A stretch of 64,000 bases of DNA, taken from NCBI RefSeq assembly GCF_963921235.1, contig NC_086106.1, positions 25,110,001 through 25,174,000 of the forward strand, given 5' to 3'. Both the position numbers and the translations under genes were made by a program. Shown here piece by piece: positions 39,447 to 52,071 of this stretch. The notes below the pieces were generated by a model. The model worked only from the letters and a program-made list of their open reading frames with translations. It was not told where the DNA came from and made no database searches. Origin of the DNA: Mobula hypostoma (taxonomy: Eukaryota). Every line of letters starts with the position of its first letter. Positions within the stretch are counted from its first letter, which is position 1.

Positions 39447-40466
39447 GTAAGTATCCACAAACATCAAATATTTTTCAAATATCTCAACCATTTTCACTAT
39501 CGTTTGATAGATGATCTATTGATTTAAAATCTTGTGTGGTGTGATTCTGTAAACTGAATCTACACTCACTGTGTAGAAAGGCAAGTTGGTAAACTGAATT
39601 AACAGAGTGATATGGAGAGGGAAATTTCTGCCATGAGTAAGGATGAAAAGCTGGTGTAATCTTCGTAGAATGAGTCCAACCGACTGCTGTCAGACTGTGG
39701 GAAATATTGTTAGCAGCTTAAGGCATAAACCGCAAGCAGGTAAGATATATACATACATGAATATGTCACCGAGATGCAAGAAATAATGAATCTTGTTTTC
39801 TCTAATTTATTCTCAAATAGTACAGAGAAATGCATAACCAATTGATGAAAAATGAAGAAAAGAGAAGGGAACAAAACCTTTATATCGCTGACTGCTAAAC
39901 TCCAATTGAAAATAATTTTCGCCTTCAGTTTCTTTGAAAATTATCTGACCAATCTGTCCCGTTCAGTCTCATTACTCTGAAGAACATGTTACAATGCAAG
40001 AGGTTGTAACTTATCGGGGATGTGTTATTTAAAAAAAAAAGAAGCAATTCTGGTAGGAGCATCTATCAACTCGAAAAAAAAAACAAGCAAATCCATAATT
40101 ATTCCGAATTAAACTAACGTTTAAAATAAGCACCACAGAACTTATATAAAAAAACGAGTTCGGCCTATTTTTGTTTTTAGGCCCTCTGCAGTTGTTCCAT
40201 GAAATTAGTTCTTCCTTCCACATAGGTGTCCAAAATATGAAACATGTTTTGATAATAACAAGATATCCGCAATTTAGCATGAGTCCCTAATTTTATTTCA
40301 CTGCAGCAGTTCAATTAATAACTGTCAACGACAATAAATATTGTTTACTCACATTTCAAGTTAAACAAGTTTGCGTGAAAGAAAAATCTCCGTAACGTAC
40401 TTGGGACGTTTTTTTTTCTGACTGTTATCGGTAAATCAGCAATAATTTTCTTTTACATTCATACAG

Positions 40467-40769
40467 AATCCCTTTCTCCAACGTCTCAGAGTCCGGAACT
40501 ACAAACTACACTTGCCGATACTGCCATTTTAACCTGTGGATACGACGTGAATTGTCGCAACACAATACACTGGTATCGCCAGCTTCCAGGGCAGGCACCC
40601 ATATTCCTGCTCCAGGGTCAAAATTCCGGAGTACAATACAAGACAAAAAATGCCGGGGTACGAATTACTGGTTTTGTCGATCCTGGTAAGAAAATCAGCC
40701 AGCTGACGATCTCCAAAGTGCAACTGGGCGACGCTGCTGTGTATTACTGTGCAATGAGTCGGTTTGCAG
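40467..40769 (+). CDS. TRDV: Leaderless 'supporting' TCR-delta V segment
   Basis: Acceptor TTTTCTTTTACATTCATACAG is in phase with the J donor. Translation is (E)SLSPTSQSPELQTTLADTAILTCGYDVNCRNTIHWYRQLPGQAP...LTISKVQLGDAAVYYCAMSRFA, with no stops. Confidence 0.88.
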
Positions 40770-40808
40770 CACTGTGATGCCGCGCATGGACAGCGCTGTT
40801 CAAGAACT
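40770..40808 (+). promoter_or_regulatory. 23-RSS of supporting V (CACTGTG - 23 nt - TCAAGAACT)
   Basis: The heptamer abuts the V end and the nonamer is 6/9. Confidence 0.85.
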
Positions 40809-41619
40809 AGGGTGATTCTCGTTACAAGCACACAGTGCGAGTAAGCAGCGAGGGAACAATACAAAAACTCATTTGGTTTTATCATATAAGTAAACCACTG
40901 CCGAGCACGGAGACAAAAGGCAAGAAACCGCAGTGTGGTGGGATGTTCAGCAGAATGATGATAGAGAAAATAAAAGTACTACAATCAACACCCAAAATAT
41001 GCTGGGAGAAATCATTATGTCCTGATGGAAGTTCTTGGTTCGAAACATCATTTCCATGGAAGCTGCCGGATCTACCGATTCCTCAAATTTCTACTTAGGG
41101 AAGACACACAACTTTCAAGAATATATTCCTGGAGCAAAGAGGCATGATTGCCTTCAGGAAATTCGCATTTTAGATCAGAAGTGCGTAAGGGATAGCAACA
41201 GAATTGGGCTAATCAGCCTATCGAGTGTGGCCCACCATTCAATCATTATTGTTTCCGGTTCCCAATACATTGTCCAGTATATCCATGTGGTACATGCAAT
41301 CTACCAGCCATTTTGAATGAAGGAACATCGCAAATCCGTTTGCGCCGCGTGAACGTCGGCAGGAAAGTAACGGACATTGAAATGATACAAATTCCAAACA
41401 ATAAATGCATAATCTGCTGTTTTGGGATTATACAGCATCACGAACTTCAGGTATCATTACGATTCCAGAAACATATAAACAGAGAAAACCTACAGCACAA
41501 TACAGGTACTTCGGTCCACAAAGTTGTGCCGAACATGTCGCGACCTTAGAAATTACTAGGGTTACCTATAGTTTTTTTTTTCTAATCTCCATGTACCTAT
41601 ACTAAAGTTTCTTAAAATA

Positions 41620-41940
41620 TCCTATCGTATCCGCATCCATCAGCGTTTCCGGCAGCCCATTTCACACAATCACCACTCTTAGTGTGAAACAACTCACCCC
41701 TGACATCTTCTATGTACCTACTCCCAAGCACCTTATACCTGTGTACACCTGTGGCAGCCATTTCAGCCCTAGGAAAAAGCCTCTGACAAGATCAATGCCT
41801 CTCATCATCTTATACTCCTCTATCAGGTGACATCTCATCCTCCGGCGATCAAAGGAGCAAACGCCTAGTACACTCAGCCTGTTTTCATCAGCCATATTCA
41901 CGCCCATGCCCTTATCACAAAGCAACTTTAGGCAGCCTGA
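41620..41940 (-). mobile_element. CR1 3'-end fragment
   Basis: RRMRCHLIEEYKMMRGID motif. Confidence 0.6.
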
Positions 41941-42475
41941 ATGTGTCTTTTTAGGTTGTAAAATGCTTTCGCCAGAGAATATTAACGTGCAGTCGATGTT
42001 GATTGAGATGTATTCTGTTGTGTTCAGTTTCTTCCGATAGCATGAGTCTCATTAAAATGAAACTGCACGCTTTTGGCAATTAGATGCTCAACCAATTGAA
42101 TGGATTGCTATAATTGGAAGTAATCGAGAACTGGGAGAGGCGCTGCGAAAGAAACATTCGATACTTAGTTATTATAAGGCAACGTTGTAATTCCTCCCAC
42201 TCAAAAGAGATAACCTGCGTTTTGTCATTCCATGACTTTGCTTTAGTTCAGTCTGAAATGAAACCTGTTCGTACTCGGATCCCCTAGTAGTGCACTAAAA
42301 ATGCATTCACTTGAAATGGAATTCCTGGCTCTGTATATTGTAAAACAAAATAATTAATATATCTCTATTATTTATATGTTTTGATTCATTGCTGGTTCCA
42401 TACCTATCTAATTAACTGCGATTATATTATTTATTTATATTAATATATAAATACAATACTGTCATTTTATACTTT

Positions 42476-42670
42476 GGGCGGCACAGTAGCGTAGGGATAA
42501 TTCGACTCTATTACAGTTCTGGGAATAACAGTTCGGAGTTCAATTCTGTTTCCTCTGTATGTAGTCTGTATGTCCTCCACATGGAATGCGTGGGTTTTCA
42601 CCGACTGCTCTCCTGTCCTCTGACAGTTCAGAGACGAACTCCGGAGAATGATTAGTCCGAAGATGATTAA
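42476..42670 (+). mobile_element. tRNA-derived SINE, HE1-like
   Basis: GGGCGGCACAGTAGCGTAG (A box) ... GGAGTTCAATTC (B box) ... TGCGTGGGTTTTC body. Confidence 0.7.
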
Positions 42671-44620
42671 CCATATCACCATATAACAATTACAGTACGG
42701 AAACAGGCCACCTTGGCCCTTCTAGTCCGTGCCGAACTCTTACTGTCACCTATTCCCACCGACCAGCACTCAGCCCATAACCCTCCATTCCTTTCCTGCC
42801 CATATAACTGTCCAATTGAACTTTAAACCACGACATCGACCCTGCCACAGCCACTTCTGCTGGAAGCTCATTCCACACAGCTACCACTCTCTGAGTAAAG
42901 AAGTTCCCCCTCATGTTACCCCAAAACTTTTGTCCTTTAAATCTCAACCCACGTCCTCTTGTTTGAATCTCCCACATTCTCAATAGAAAAGTGCTATCCA
43001 CCTCAACTCTATCTATCCGCCTCATAATTTTAAATACCTCTATCAAGTCCCCCCTCAACCTTCTACGTTTCAAAGAATAAAGACCCAACTTGTCCAACCT
43101 TTCGCTGTAACACAGGTGATGAAACTCAGGTAACATTCTTGTAAATGTTCTCTGTACTCTCTCGAATTTCTTATCATCTTTCCTATTATTCGGTGACGAA
43201 AACTGTACACAATACACCAAATTTGGCCTCTACCAATGCCCTGTACAACTTCAACATTACATCCCAATCCTATACTCAATGCTCGGATTTATAAAGGCCA
43301 ACATACCAAAAGCTTTCTTCACCACCCTATCCACATGAGATTCCACCTTCAGGGATCTATGCAGCATTATTCCTAGATCCCTCTGTTCCACCTCATTCCA
43401 CAATGCCCTACCATTTACCATGTATTTCCTATTTTGATTAGTCCTAACAAAATATAGCACCTCACATTTATCAGCATTAAACTCCATCCGCCATTTTTCA
43501 GCACACTCTTCTAACTAGCCTAAATCTCTTTGCAAGCTTTGAAAACCTACTTTTTTATCCATAACTCTACCTATCTTCGTATCATCTGCATACTTACTCA
43601 TCCAATTTACCACCGCATCATTCACATAATTAATGTATATGACAAACAACATTGCAACCAGTACAGAACCCTGAGGCACACCACTAGTCACTGACCTCCA
43701 ATCTGACAAACATCTTTCCACCACTACTCTCTGGCGTCTCCCAACTAGCCACTGTGGAATCGTTTTTACTACTGCAATATTAATACCTAACGATTGGACA
43801 TTCCTAACACACTTCCGTGTGGAACCTTGTCAACGGCCTTGCTTAAGTCCATATAGACAACATCCACCGCTTGACACTAGTCAACTTTCCTAGTAACCCC
43901 TTCAAAAAGTTCAATAAGATTTGTCAAAAATGATCTTCCACGGACAAATCCTTGTTGACTGTTCCCAATCAGAACCTGTCTATCCATATAATTATAAAAA
44001 CACATCTCTAAGAATACTTTCCGTCAATTTACACACCACTGACGTCAAACTCAGAGGTCGGCAATTGCTAGGTTTACTCTTAGAACCGTTTTTAAACAAT
44101 GGAACAACATGAGCAATACGCCTATCCTCCGACACCATCCCCGTTTCTAATGACGTATGAAATACTTCTGTCAGAACCCCTGCTATTTCCACAAAAAAAA
44201 ATTCCCTCAAGGTCCGAGGCAATATCTTATCAGGACTCGGAAACTTATCCACTTTTATATTCCTTAAAAGCGCCAGTACTTCCTCTTCTTTAATCAGCAT
44301 AGTTACCATAACATCCCTCTCTGTTTCCCTTACCTTACACAATTCAATATCCTTCTCCTTAGTGAATACCAAAGAAAATAAATTGTTCAGAATCTCCTCC
44401 ATCTCTTTTGGCTCTACTCATAGTTTCCCACTCTGTTTCTCTAAGGGACCAATTTTATCCTTCACTATCGTTTTGCTATTAATATAACTGTAGAAACCTT
44501 TGGGATTTATTTTCACCTTACTTACCAAAGCAAAGTCATATCTTCTTTTAGCTTTTTAAATTCATTTCGTAAGATTATTTTTACATTTGTTTTATATCCC
44601 TCGAGCAGGATTCTTTTTAC
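42671..44620 (-). mobile_element. CR1 LINE ORF2 (RT), 5'-truncated, frameshifted
   Basis: RPLSLTSVVCKL, GVPQGSVL..FVIYIN..SKYADDTKIG and CVQFSSP motifs. Confidence 0.92.
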
Positions 44621-45769
44621 TTTCTTTATATTCTTCGAGCAAGATTATTTTTCCATTCTTTATATTCCTCCATTAGTTTCCGGAAAATTCAGGGTTGTCG
44701 GTGGTTTCTGGGGTTGCGCAGTTCGAAAGGTTGGAATGGGTTATTCTGTGTTGTACCATGGAATAAACAACTAAATACACCTCGCAAGGAATTAAAACAA
44801 CATTTACACATGGAGACGTATGGTACGTAAATAGGTGCATAATCGATTGCCAACCAGACAACAATACTTAATATATTTTATTTTTTCTGGAAACACTCAT
44901 ATTCCATTTTGATTTTTTCGCTTCCAAACTGGGAATTTTATTTTAAACTCAATGGCCAATTAGAACGTATTTTCGTAAACTGTTTTTTTTTTATAAATAT
45001 GGGTTGATCATCATATATTTGGTTAGTAATATCCAAAATTTGGAAAAAGTTCTCTGGACATAATTGATGTTTACAATCTTTACAAAACGTTTCGGAGGTT
45101 AATCTGCTTCCAGCAGATACAACTGCAGATCAAAACGAGGTCACAAGGTAAATAGAACAGAAACGCCTCGAGAACAAAACAGCACAGAATAATTAAACAG
45201 GCCTCACCCTCTGTCCGTTATAAACTCAATCCATGCTTTTCCCATTGTCTTTCCCACATATTCCCAATAAATGTAACATATCAAAGATTGTACCACTTGC
45301 TTTCGTGTGGAAAGCAGTTTACAATTTATATTGCAAATACCAACTACTCGCCAGTCTTTTCGTGGGAAGGAGAGTGGAACATCCTGGGAAATAGGTGATA
45401 TCAGAAGCGAAGTGTTTATATCCATACTCTGCGACCCTACAGTTCACATCAGGAATTACAGGATCAAATGGCAATGAACTGGTCGAACGCGTGTATGATC
45501 GTTAGCTAAGGAAGATATGCTTTCGAATCACAATGACGAGCAAGCCTGCAGCCCGTTCTCACGGAGAAGAATCTTATTATGGGAGAAATATCCCGAAGCC
45601 GGCAAAAGCGACTTTGGTGCCTATCAACAGGAAATCGGCTACAAGCTGGCAAAATACTTGACGAATGTTTAATGAGGAGAGGCCGCAGTAGTTTTCAGAA
45701 AGATTTCACTTGCCAATAGTTTCGTAAAAACAGTGAGAGATCAAACCATATGATACTGGTTAGTCCAAC

Positions 45770-46030
45770 GCTTTTTCTGCAGCTATGACCCGTATTCAAT
45801 TCGCACCGTTGCTTGTAAAGTGATTGCACTTTCTCCCCGGACCACCTGGGATTTATGTCGGATGCTCTGGTTTCTTCAAACAGCCCAAAGTCTGGTAGGA
45901 TTTGATAGGCTGATTGGTCGTTCTAAATTATAGCGTGATTAGGTTTGGTTTAAATCCGGTGATTGTCGGGCTGCGTACCTCGATATGCAGAAAGGGCAAA
46001 TTCCTCACTGTGTATCCAAACATAAATACA
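45770..46030 (+). mobile_element. Decayed HE1-like SINE
   Basis: TTCAATTC B-box-like motif, then CTGGGATTT..CGGATGCTCTGGTTTC..CCCAAAG body. Confidence 0.5.
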
Positions 46031-46500
46031 TAATCACTCAAGAAAACAAAAAAAAAGTAAATAAATAAGAATCGGTTTACCCTGCAAATCTTTTAGTCGG
46101 TGCGAGATCGGCATGAATTTGTATTTTTAAGAAAGTTAGCCAAAGCTAAGGAATGACAGATAATTTCAATTCAATGCTCACGCTATTTGTATTTTTTTGC
46201 AGAAGCATTGAAACTGAATACCATGCATGCCGGGAGCTCCTTCAAAACTGCAACAATTGGTTAATCCCTCTCGGCTGAAAAGGTGAAACACAGTTTCTCT
46301 GCAACAACATATACGATTACACGTCGCTTATTTTCCCATATTGAAATTAATTTCTGCCCAGTGTTCACAGTGAAGGTGCAGTAGGGTGAGTGTGTTCATA
46401 AGCAGAAAAGCTTTGCACCGTGAGGGAGCTATTCTGGCGTTACACTCGCGGAAGTCCAATTCATGCATCATAAATCTGTTAAATGTAGGAAACGGTTGAG

Positions 46501-46869
46501 TTTGCGACAGGCTTTCGATTTCAAATTTCCTTTTTGATCTTACCGTCTATAATTCTGTACTTCTTGAATGTTGAGCGCCGATTTCATAATATGAACAGAG
46601 GGATGCAATGAGAATATGGTCTTCTGAAACGTCTTCTTGAAAATTTCAGAAATTCGCCAGAAAGTACCAGGTCCATGATATTATTCGGACGGAATGCGAT
46701 ACTCCAGAGGGTACAGGTGATTGAGCAGTAAAGCTTGCCTGACTGGAAATGCGAGTGACCGTCGCTTTATAAATCACCTTGGAATGTTCCTGAATAGTCT
46801 CATCCTCTTCGGGTAGTTGAGTCATTTTAGCAGTGGCATAATCAGCCGTAGTGTCTGCTGAATTGTTTT
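46501..46869 (+). repeat. Dispersed duplicated block A, copy 2
   Basis: Paralog of 12379-12747. Confidence 0.85.
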
Positions 46870-47476
46870 AAACGCCCTTACTTACTTATTTGTTTGTATG
46901 CTTGGTTACTTCTTTTTTCTTTATTTACAGAACCATCAATCTGTTCGTCTGTGCCATAATTTTTATTTTTTTATTTTTTTTTCTATTTATGTTCTTACCA
47001 TTCGATTATGTGTTTATATACTTACCTATTTATGTTATTAATTCAGTAAGTGTGTTCTTATCTGTTAATTATCTGATAATTATTTAATTATGTATTATTT
47101 ATTCCAATGAGGAGGTCGTCTTTGAGTATAAAACCATACCATGTTTACCACAATTTATAATTCATATACGCTCCCTTTTGGGTGTCTGGGAAAAAAAAGT
47201 AGTTCTGCTTGGTAGATCAAAGTAGCATGTTTCCTTAACTGTTTACTCAGAATTAACTTGAAGGCATTTTTCAGCTGACCGATAGATTTTTCAATTAAAT
47301 AAAACACAGTAGAGGAAGAAATGTAAGCTTGCAGCATTTAGATTAAATTAAATGATACGTTCTAAATCGAAGGAAAGTATTCACTTCCAGATTGAGGTCA
47401 ATTCACCATGATGTACCTTATTTCATTGGGACGCTGTCATTTACTGATCAAACTTGCTCCCCGCTTATTCGCTGCA

Positions 47477-49380
47477 TAGATTAGATTAGATTAGATTTAA
47501 CGTTATCGTCATTGTGCCGAGTACAGATACAAAGCCAATGAAATGCAGTTAGCATCTGACGAGAAATGCAAAGAATAATGTTACTTACAAAATAATTTTG
47601 CATAAAAAGTAAGTGCTACAGCACACAAATATAGAAGTACTGAGACAGTAAAATATGGCTGCAGTACTGCTTAACGCTGTGATGTGAGGTTTAGCAGGGT
47701 CACAGCCCAGGGAGGAAGCTCTTCCCGTGCCTGCTTGTGCGGGGGCGGAGGGTACTTCAGCGCCTACCGGAATGGAGGAGAGAAAAAACATCGATGGTTA
47801 GGGTGAAATGCTACCTTGATAATCCTTTTCGCCCTGCCCAGGCAGCGTTTATGGTAGATATACTCAATGGTAGGCAATTGGGTGCCGATAATCCGCTGGG
47901 CAGTTTTAACCACACGCTGGAGTGCTTTGTGATCCGATATGAGACAATTGCCATACCACACAGAGATAGAGTTGGTGAGTATGCTCTCAACGGTACAGCG
48001 GTAAAAGTCCGTCAGTATCCTGGGACAGAGTTGAGCTTTCATGATACTCCGCAGGAAATAAAGGCGCTGTTGTGCCTTTTTGATCAGGATGGAGGAGTTC
48101 AGGGACCAGCTGTGATCTTCGGAAATGTGGACACCAAGGAATTTGAAGCTTGATACACGCTCCACTACGGCTCCGATGGGGACGCGAGTATGGCTCCTAG
48201 CATGCCTGAAGTCCACAATGTTTTTCTTGGGTCTTCTGGGTATTGAGGGTCAGGATGTTGTCGGCACACCACGCGGCCAGGTGCCGGACGTCGTCCCTGC
48301 AGGCCGTCTCGTCGTCCTCTCTGATCAGGCCAACCACCGTGGTGTCTTCAGCGAACTTGATTATGGAGTTCGAACCATGTACAGGAACGCAGTCATATTT
48401 GAAAAAGGAGTACTTAAGAGGACTCAGCACACAGCCTTGAGGTACGCCAGTGTTCAAGGTGAGAGTGGAGCAGGACAGGTTGTCTAACGTAACTGATTGT
48501 GGTCTGTTAGTCAGAAACTCCAAGGTCCAATTACAGAGGGATGAGCTGATACGAAGCTGGCGAAGTTTGGTGATCAGCTTGGAGGGGATCACAGTATTGA
48601 ATGCTGAACTAAAGTCACTGAACAGCATTCTGACGAAAGAGTTGGGGCTTTCCAAGTGGGTCAGGGCAGAATGAAGTGCTGTGGAGATGTCGTCCTCTGT
48701 TGACCTTTTGGTGCAATAGGCTATTGATGGGGGTCCAGGGTACTGGGCAGACAGGATTTCAGATGTGATAGAAACAGCGTGTCAAATCACTATTCAGTGA
48801 TGGGGGTGAGTGCTGCTGGTCGGAAGTCATTCAGGCCCGTGGCAGTGGAATGCATTCGGCACTGGCACGATGGTGGCGATCTTGAAGCTTGTGGGTACAA
48901 CTGACTGGACCAGGAACAGATTAAATATGTCCGTGAAGACCCCGTCCAGCTGCCCTGCACGGACTCTGAGCACACGGCCAGGTATTCCATCAGCACCAGC
49001 TGTTTTCCGTACGTTCAACCTGCTCAGTGTAGCTCAAACTTCGGAGGTGGAAATTGAGAGAGGCAGTTCACCAGGTGGGAGATCCGCTTTGAAGATGACC
49101 TCGTTGTTTTCTCGGTCAAAGCGTAGAAGTAATTGAGCTCATCAGGGAGGGAAGCAGAGCTGGAAGGGTGCACAGTACTAGGCGGTTTGAAGTCTGTAAT
49201 GACCTGTATGCCATGCCACATGCGCCGGGGGTCCAAGGAGTTGAAATGTTCCTCGGTTCTCTGTTTATACATTTGTTTAGCCTGAGAGATTTCCCTCCTC
49301 AAGTTGGCCCTGGCTGAGCTGTAAGCTTCCCTGTCTCCAGACCTGTAGGCCGAATCTGATGATTATAGATGAAGGGTTAC
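47477..49380 (-). mobile_element. Rex1/Babar-like LINE (duplicate of 293-2170)
   Basis: Same insertion point and (TTAGA)n tail. Motifs [22 protein letters not shown] and IKFAEDTT. Confidence 0.88.
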
Positions 49381-49620
49381 TGACTTGCTCTAATTTAATT
49401 CACATATTAAACCTGTTTCCCTGATGTTGAGAGTTCATGGGATGGAATGCTTCCGCAAAACAGAACATGAAGTAGTCACGAGGCGAACTTTAGAAGTTGT
49501 TTAGTTTTCATTTTCCAGATCTGCGTGAATTTCTTCTCTACGTGACAAGGATACATGCTATCTGTGTATTAAAGTTGCGCCATCATCGTCTATTGGAGTT
49601 ATCATAGGATCGAGAGCAAC

Positions 49621-51987
49621 AGAGGGGATACAATATTGGATCTCCTGTTAGGAAACGAGTTAGGACAAGTGACAGAAGTCTGTGTAGGAGAGCTCTTTGG
49701 TTCCAGTGATCATAACACCATTAGTTTCAATTTGATCATGGACAAGGATAGATCTGGTCCTAGGGTTGAGGTTCTTAACTGGAAGAAGGCCAAATTTGAA
49801 GAAATGAGAAAGGATCTAAAAAGCGTGGATTGGGACAGGTTGCTGTCTGGCAAGGATGTGATCGGTAGGTGGGAAGCCTTCAAAGGAGGAATTTTGAGAG
49901 TGCAGAATTTGTATGTTCCTGTCAGGATTAAAGGCAAAGTGAATATGAATAAAGAACCTTGGTTCTCAAGGGATATTGCAACTCTGATAAAGAAGAAGAG
50001 GGAGTTGTATGACATGTATAGGAAACAGGGAGTAAATAAGGTGCTTGAGGAGCATAAGAAGTGCAAGAAAATACTTAAGAAAGAAATCAGGAGGGCTAAA
50101 AGAAGACATGAGGATGCCTTGGCAATCAAAGTGAAGGATAATCCAAAGAGCTTTTACAGGTATATTAAGAACAAAAGGATTGTAAGGGATAAAATTGGTC
50201 CTCTTGAAGATCAGAGTGGTCGGCTATGGACGGAACCAAAGGAAATGGGGCAGATCTAAATTTTTTTTTTTTTTTTGAGTTTGTATTTACTAAGAAAACT
50301 GGCATGAAGTCTATGGAATTAAGGGAAATAAGTAGTGAGATCATGGAAACTGTACAGGTCGAAAAGGAGGAGGTCCTTGCTGTCTTGAGGAAAATTAAAG
50401 TAGATAAATCCCCGGGACCTGACAGGGTGTTCCCTCGGACGTTGAAGGAGACTAATGTTGAAATTGCAGGGGCCCTGGCTGAAATATTAAAAATGTCGCT
50501 GTCTACAGGTGGAGTGCCGGAGGATTGGAGAGCGGCTCATGTTGTTCCGTTGTTTAAAAAAGGATCGAAAAGTAATCAGGGAAATTATAGGCGGGTAACT
50601 TTAACGTCGGTAGTAGGTAAGTTATTCGAGCGAGTACTAAGAGACAGAATCCACAAGCATTTGGATAGACAGGGACTTATTAGGGAAAGTCAACATGGCT
50701 TTGTGCGTGGTAGGTCATGTTTGACAAATCTATTGGAGTTTTTCGAGGAGGTTACCAGGAAATTCGATGAAGGGAAGGTAGTGGATATTGTCTACATGGA
50801 CTTCAGTAAGGCCTTTGACAAGGTCCCGCATGGGAGGTTAGTTATAAAATGCAGTCGCTAGGTATACATGGAGAGGGGGTAAATTGGATTAGACATTGGC
50901 TGAATGGAAGAAGCCAAAGAGTGGTAGTAGAGAATTGCTTCTCCGAGTGGAGGTCTGTGACGAATGGTGTGCCACAGGGATCAGTGCTGGGTCCATTGTT
51001 ATTTGTCATCTATATCAATGATCTGGATGATAATGTGGCAAATTGGATCAGCAAGTTGGCTAATGATACAAAGATTGGAGGTGTAGTAGACAGTGAGGAA
51101 GGTTTTCAGAGCCTGCAGTGGGACTTGGAGCAGCTGGGAAAATGGGCTGAAAAATGGCAGACGGAGTTTAATACAGACAAGTGTGAGGTATTGCACGTTG
51201 GAAGGACAAACCAAGGTAGAACATATAGGGTTAATGGTAAGGCACTGAGGAGTGCAGTGGAACAGAAGGATCTGGGAATACAGATACAAAATTACCTAAA
51301 AGTAGCGTCACAGGTAGATAGGGTCGTAAAGAGAGTGTTTGGTACATTGGCTTTATTAATCAAAGTATTGAGTATAAGAGCTGGAATGTTATGATGAGGC
51401 TGTATAAGGCATTGGTGAGGCCAAATCTGGAGTATTGTGTTCAGTTTTGGTCACCAAATTACAGGAAGGATATAAATAAGTTTGAAAGAGTGCAGAGAAG
51501 GTTTACAATGATGTTGCTGGGACTTGAGAAACTCCATTACAGAGAAAGGTTGAATAGGTTAGGCCTTTATTCCCTGGAGCGTGGAAGATTGAGGGGAGAT
51601 TTAATAGAGGTATATAAAATTATGATAGGTATGGATAGATTGAATGCAAGCAGGCGTTTTCCACTGAGGCAAGGGGATAAAAAAAAAAAACAGAGGACAT
51701 GGGTTAAGGGTGAGGGGAGAAATTTAAACGGAACATTAGGTGGGGGCTTCTTCACACAGAGACTGGTGGGAGTATGGAATGAGCTTCCAGACGAGGTGGT
51801 AAATGCTGGTTCTTTTTTAACATTTAAGAAGAAATTGGACAGGTACATGGATAGGAGGTGTATGGAGTGATTTGGTCCGTGTGCAGGTCAGTGGGATTAT
51901 GCAGAAAATGGTTCGGCACAGCCAAGAAGGGCCAAAAGGCCTGTTTCTGTGCAGTAGTGTCTATGGTGTCTATGATTTCTATGGTTT
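49621..51987 (+). mobile_element. CR1 LINE, 5'-truncated, frameshifted ORF2
   Basis: ORFs 49636-51870 cover the endonuclease C-terminus through RT, with a (CTATG) tail. Confidence 0.95.
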
Positions 51988-52071
51988 AACAAATACTTCT
52001 GCGAAAACATTCTCACAAGGCCAACAATCATTAGATTAATTTCAGTTTTATTAGCTAATCCACTGTTTATG

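Noticed and set aside
45204-45425. Minus ORF with INC...YIYW..GK, faintly V-like
   Set aside because: Cys-Trp spacing is 19, and there is no F-strand motif or RSS.
46366-46404. RSS-like CACAGTG - 23 - TCATAAGCA
   Set aside because: The nonamer is only 5/9 and the upstream sequence does not translate as a V (only a lone NFC).
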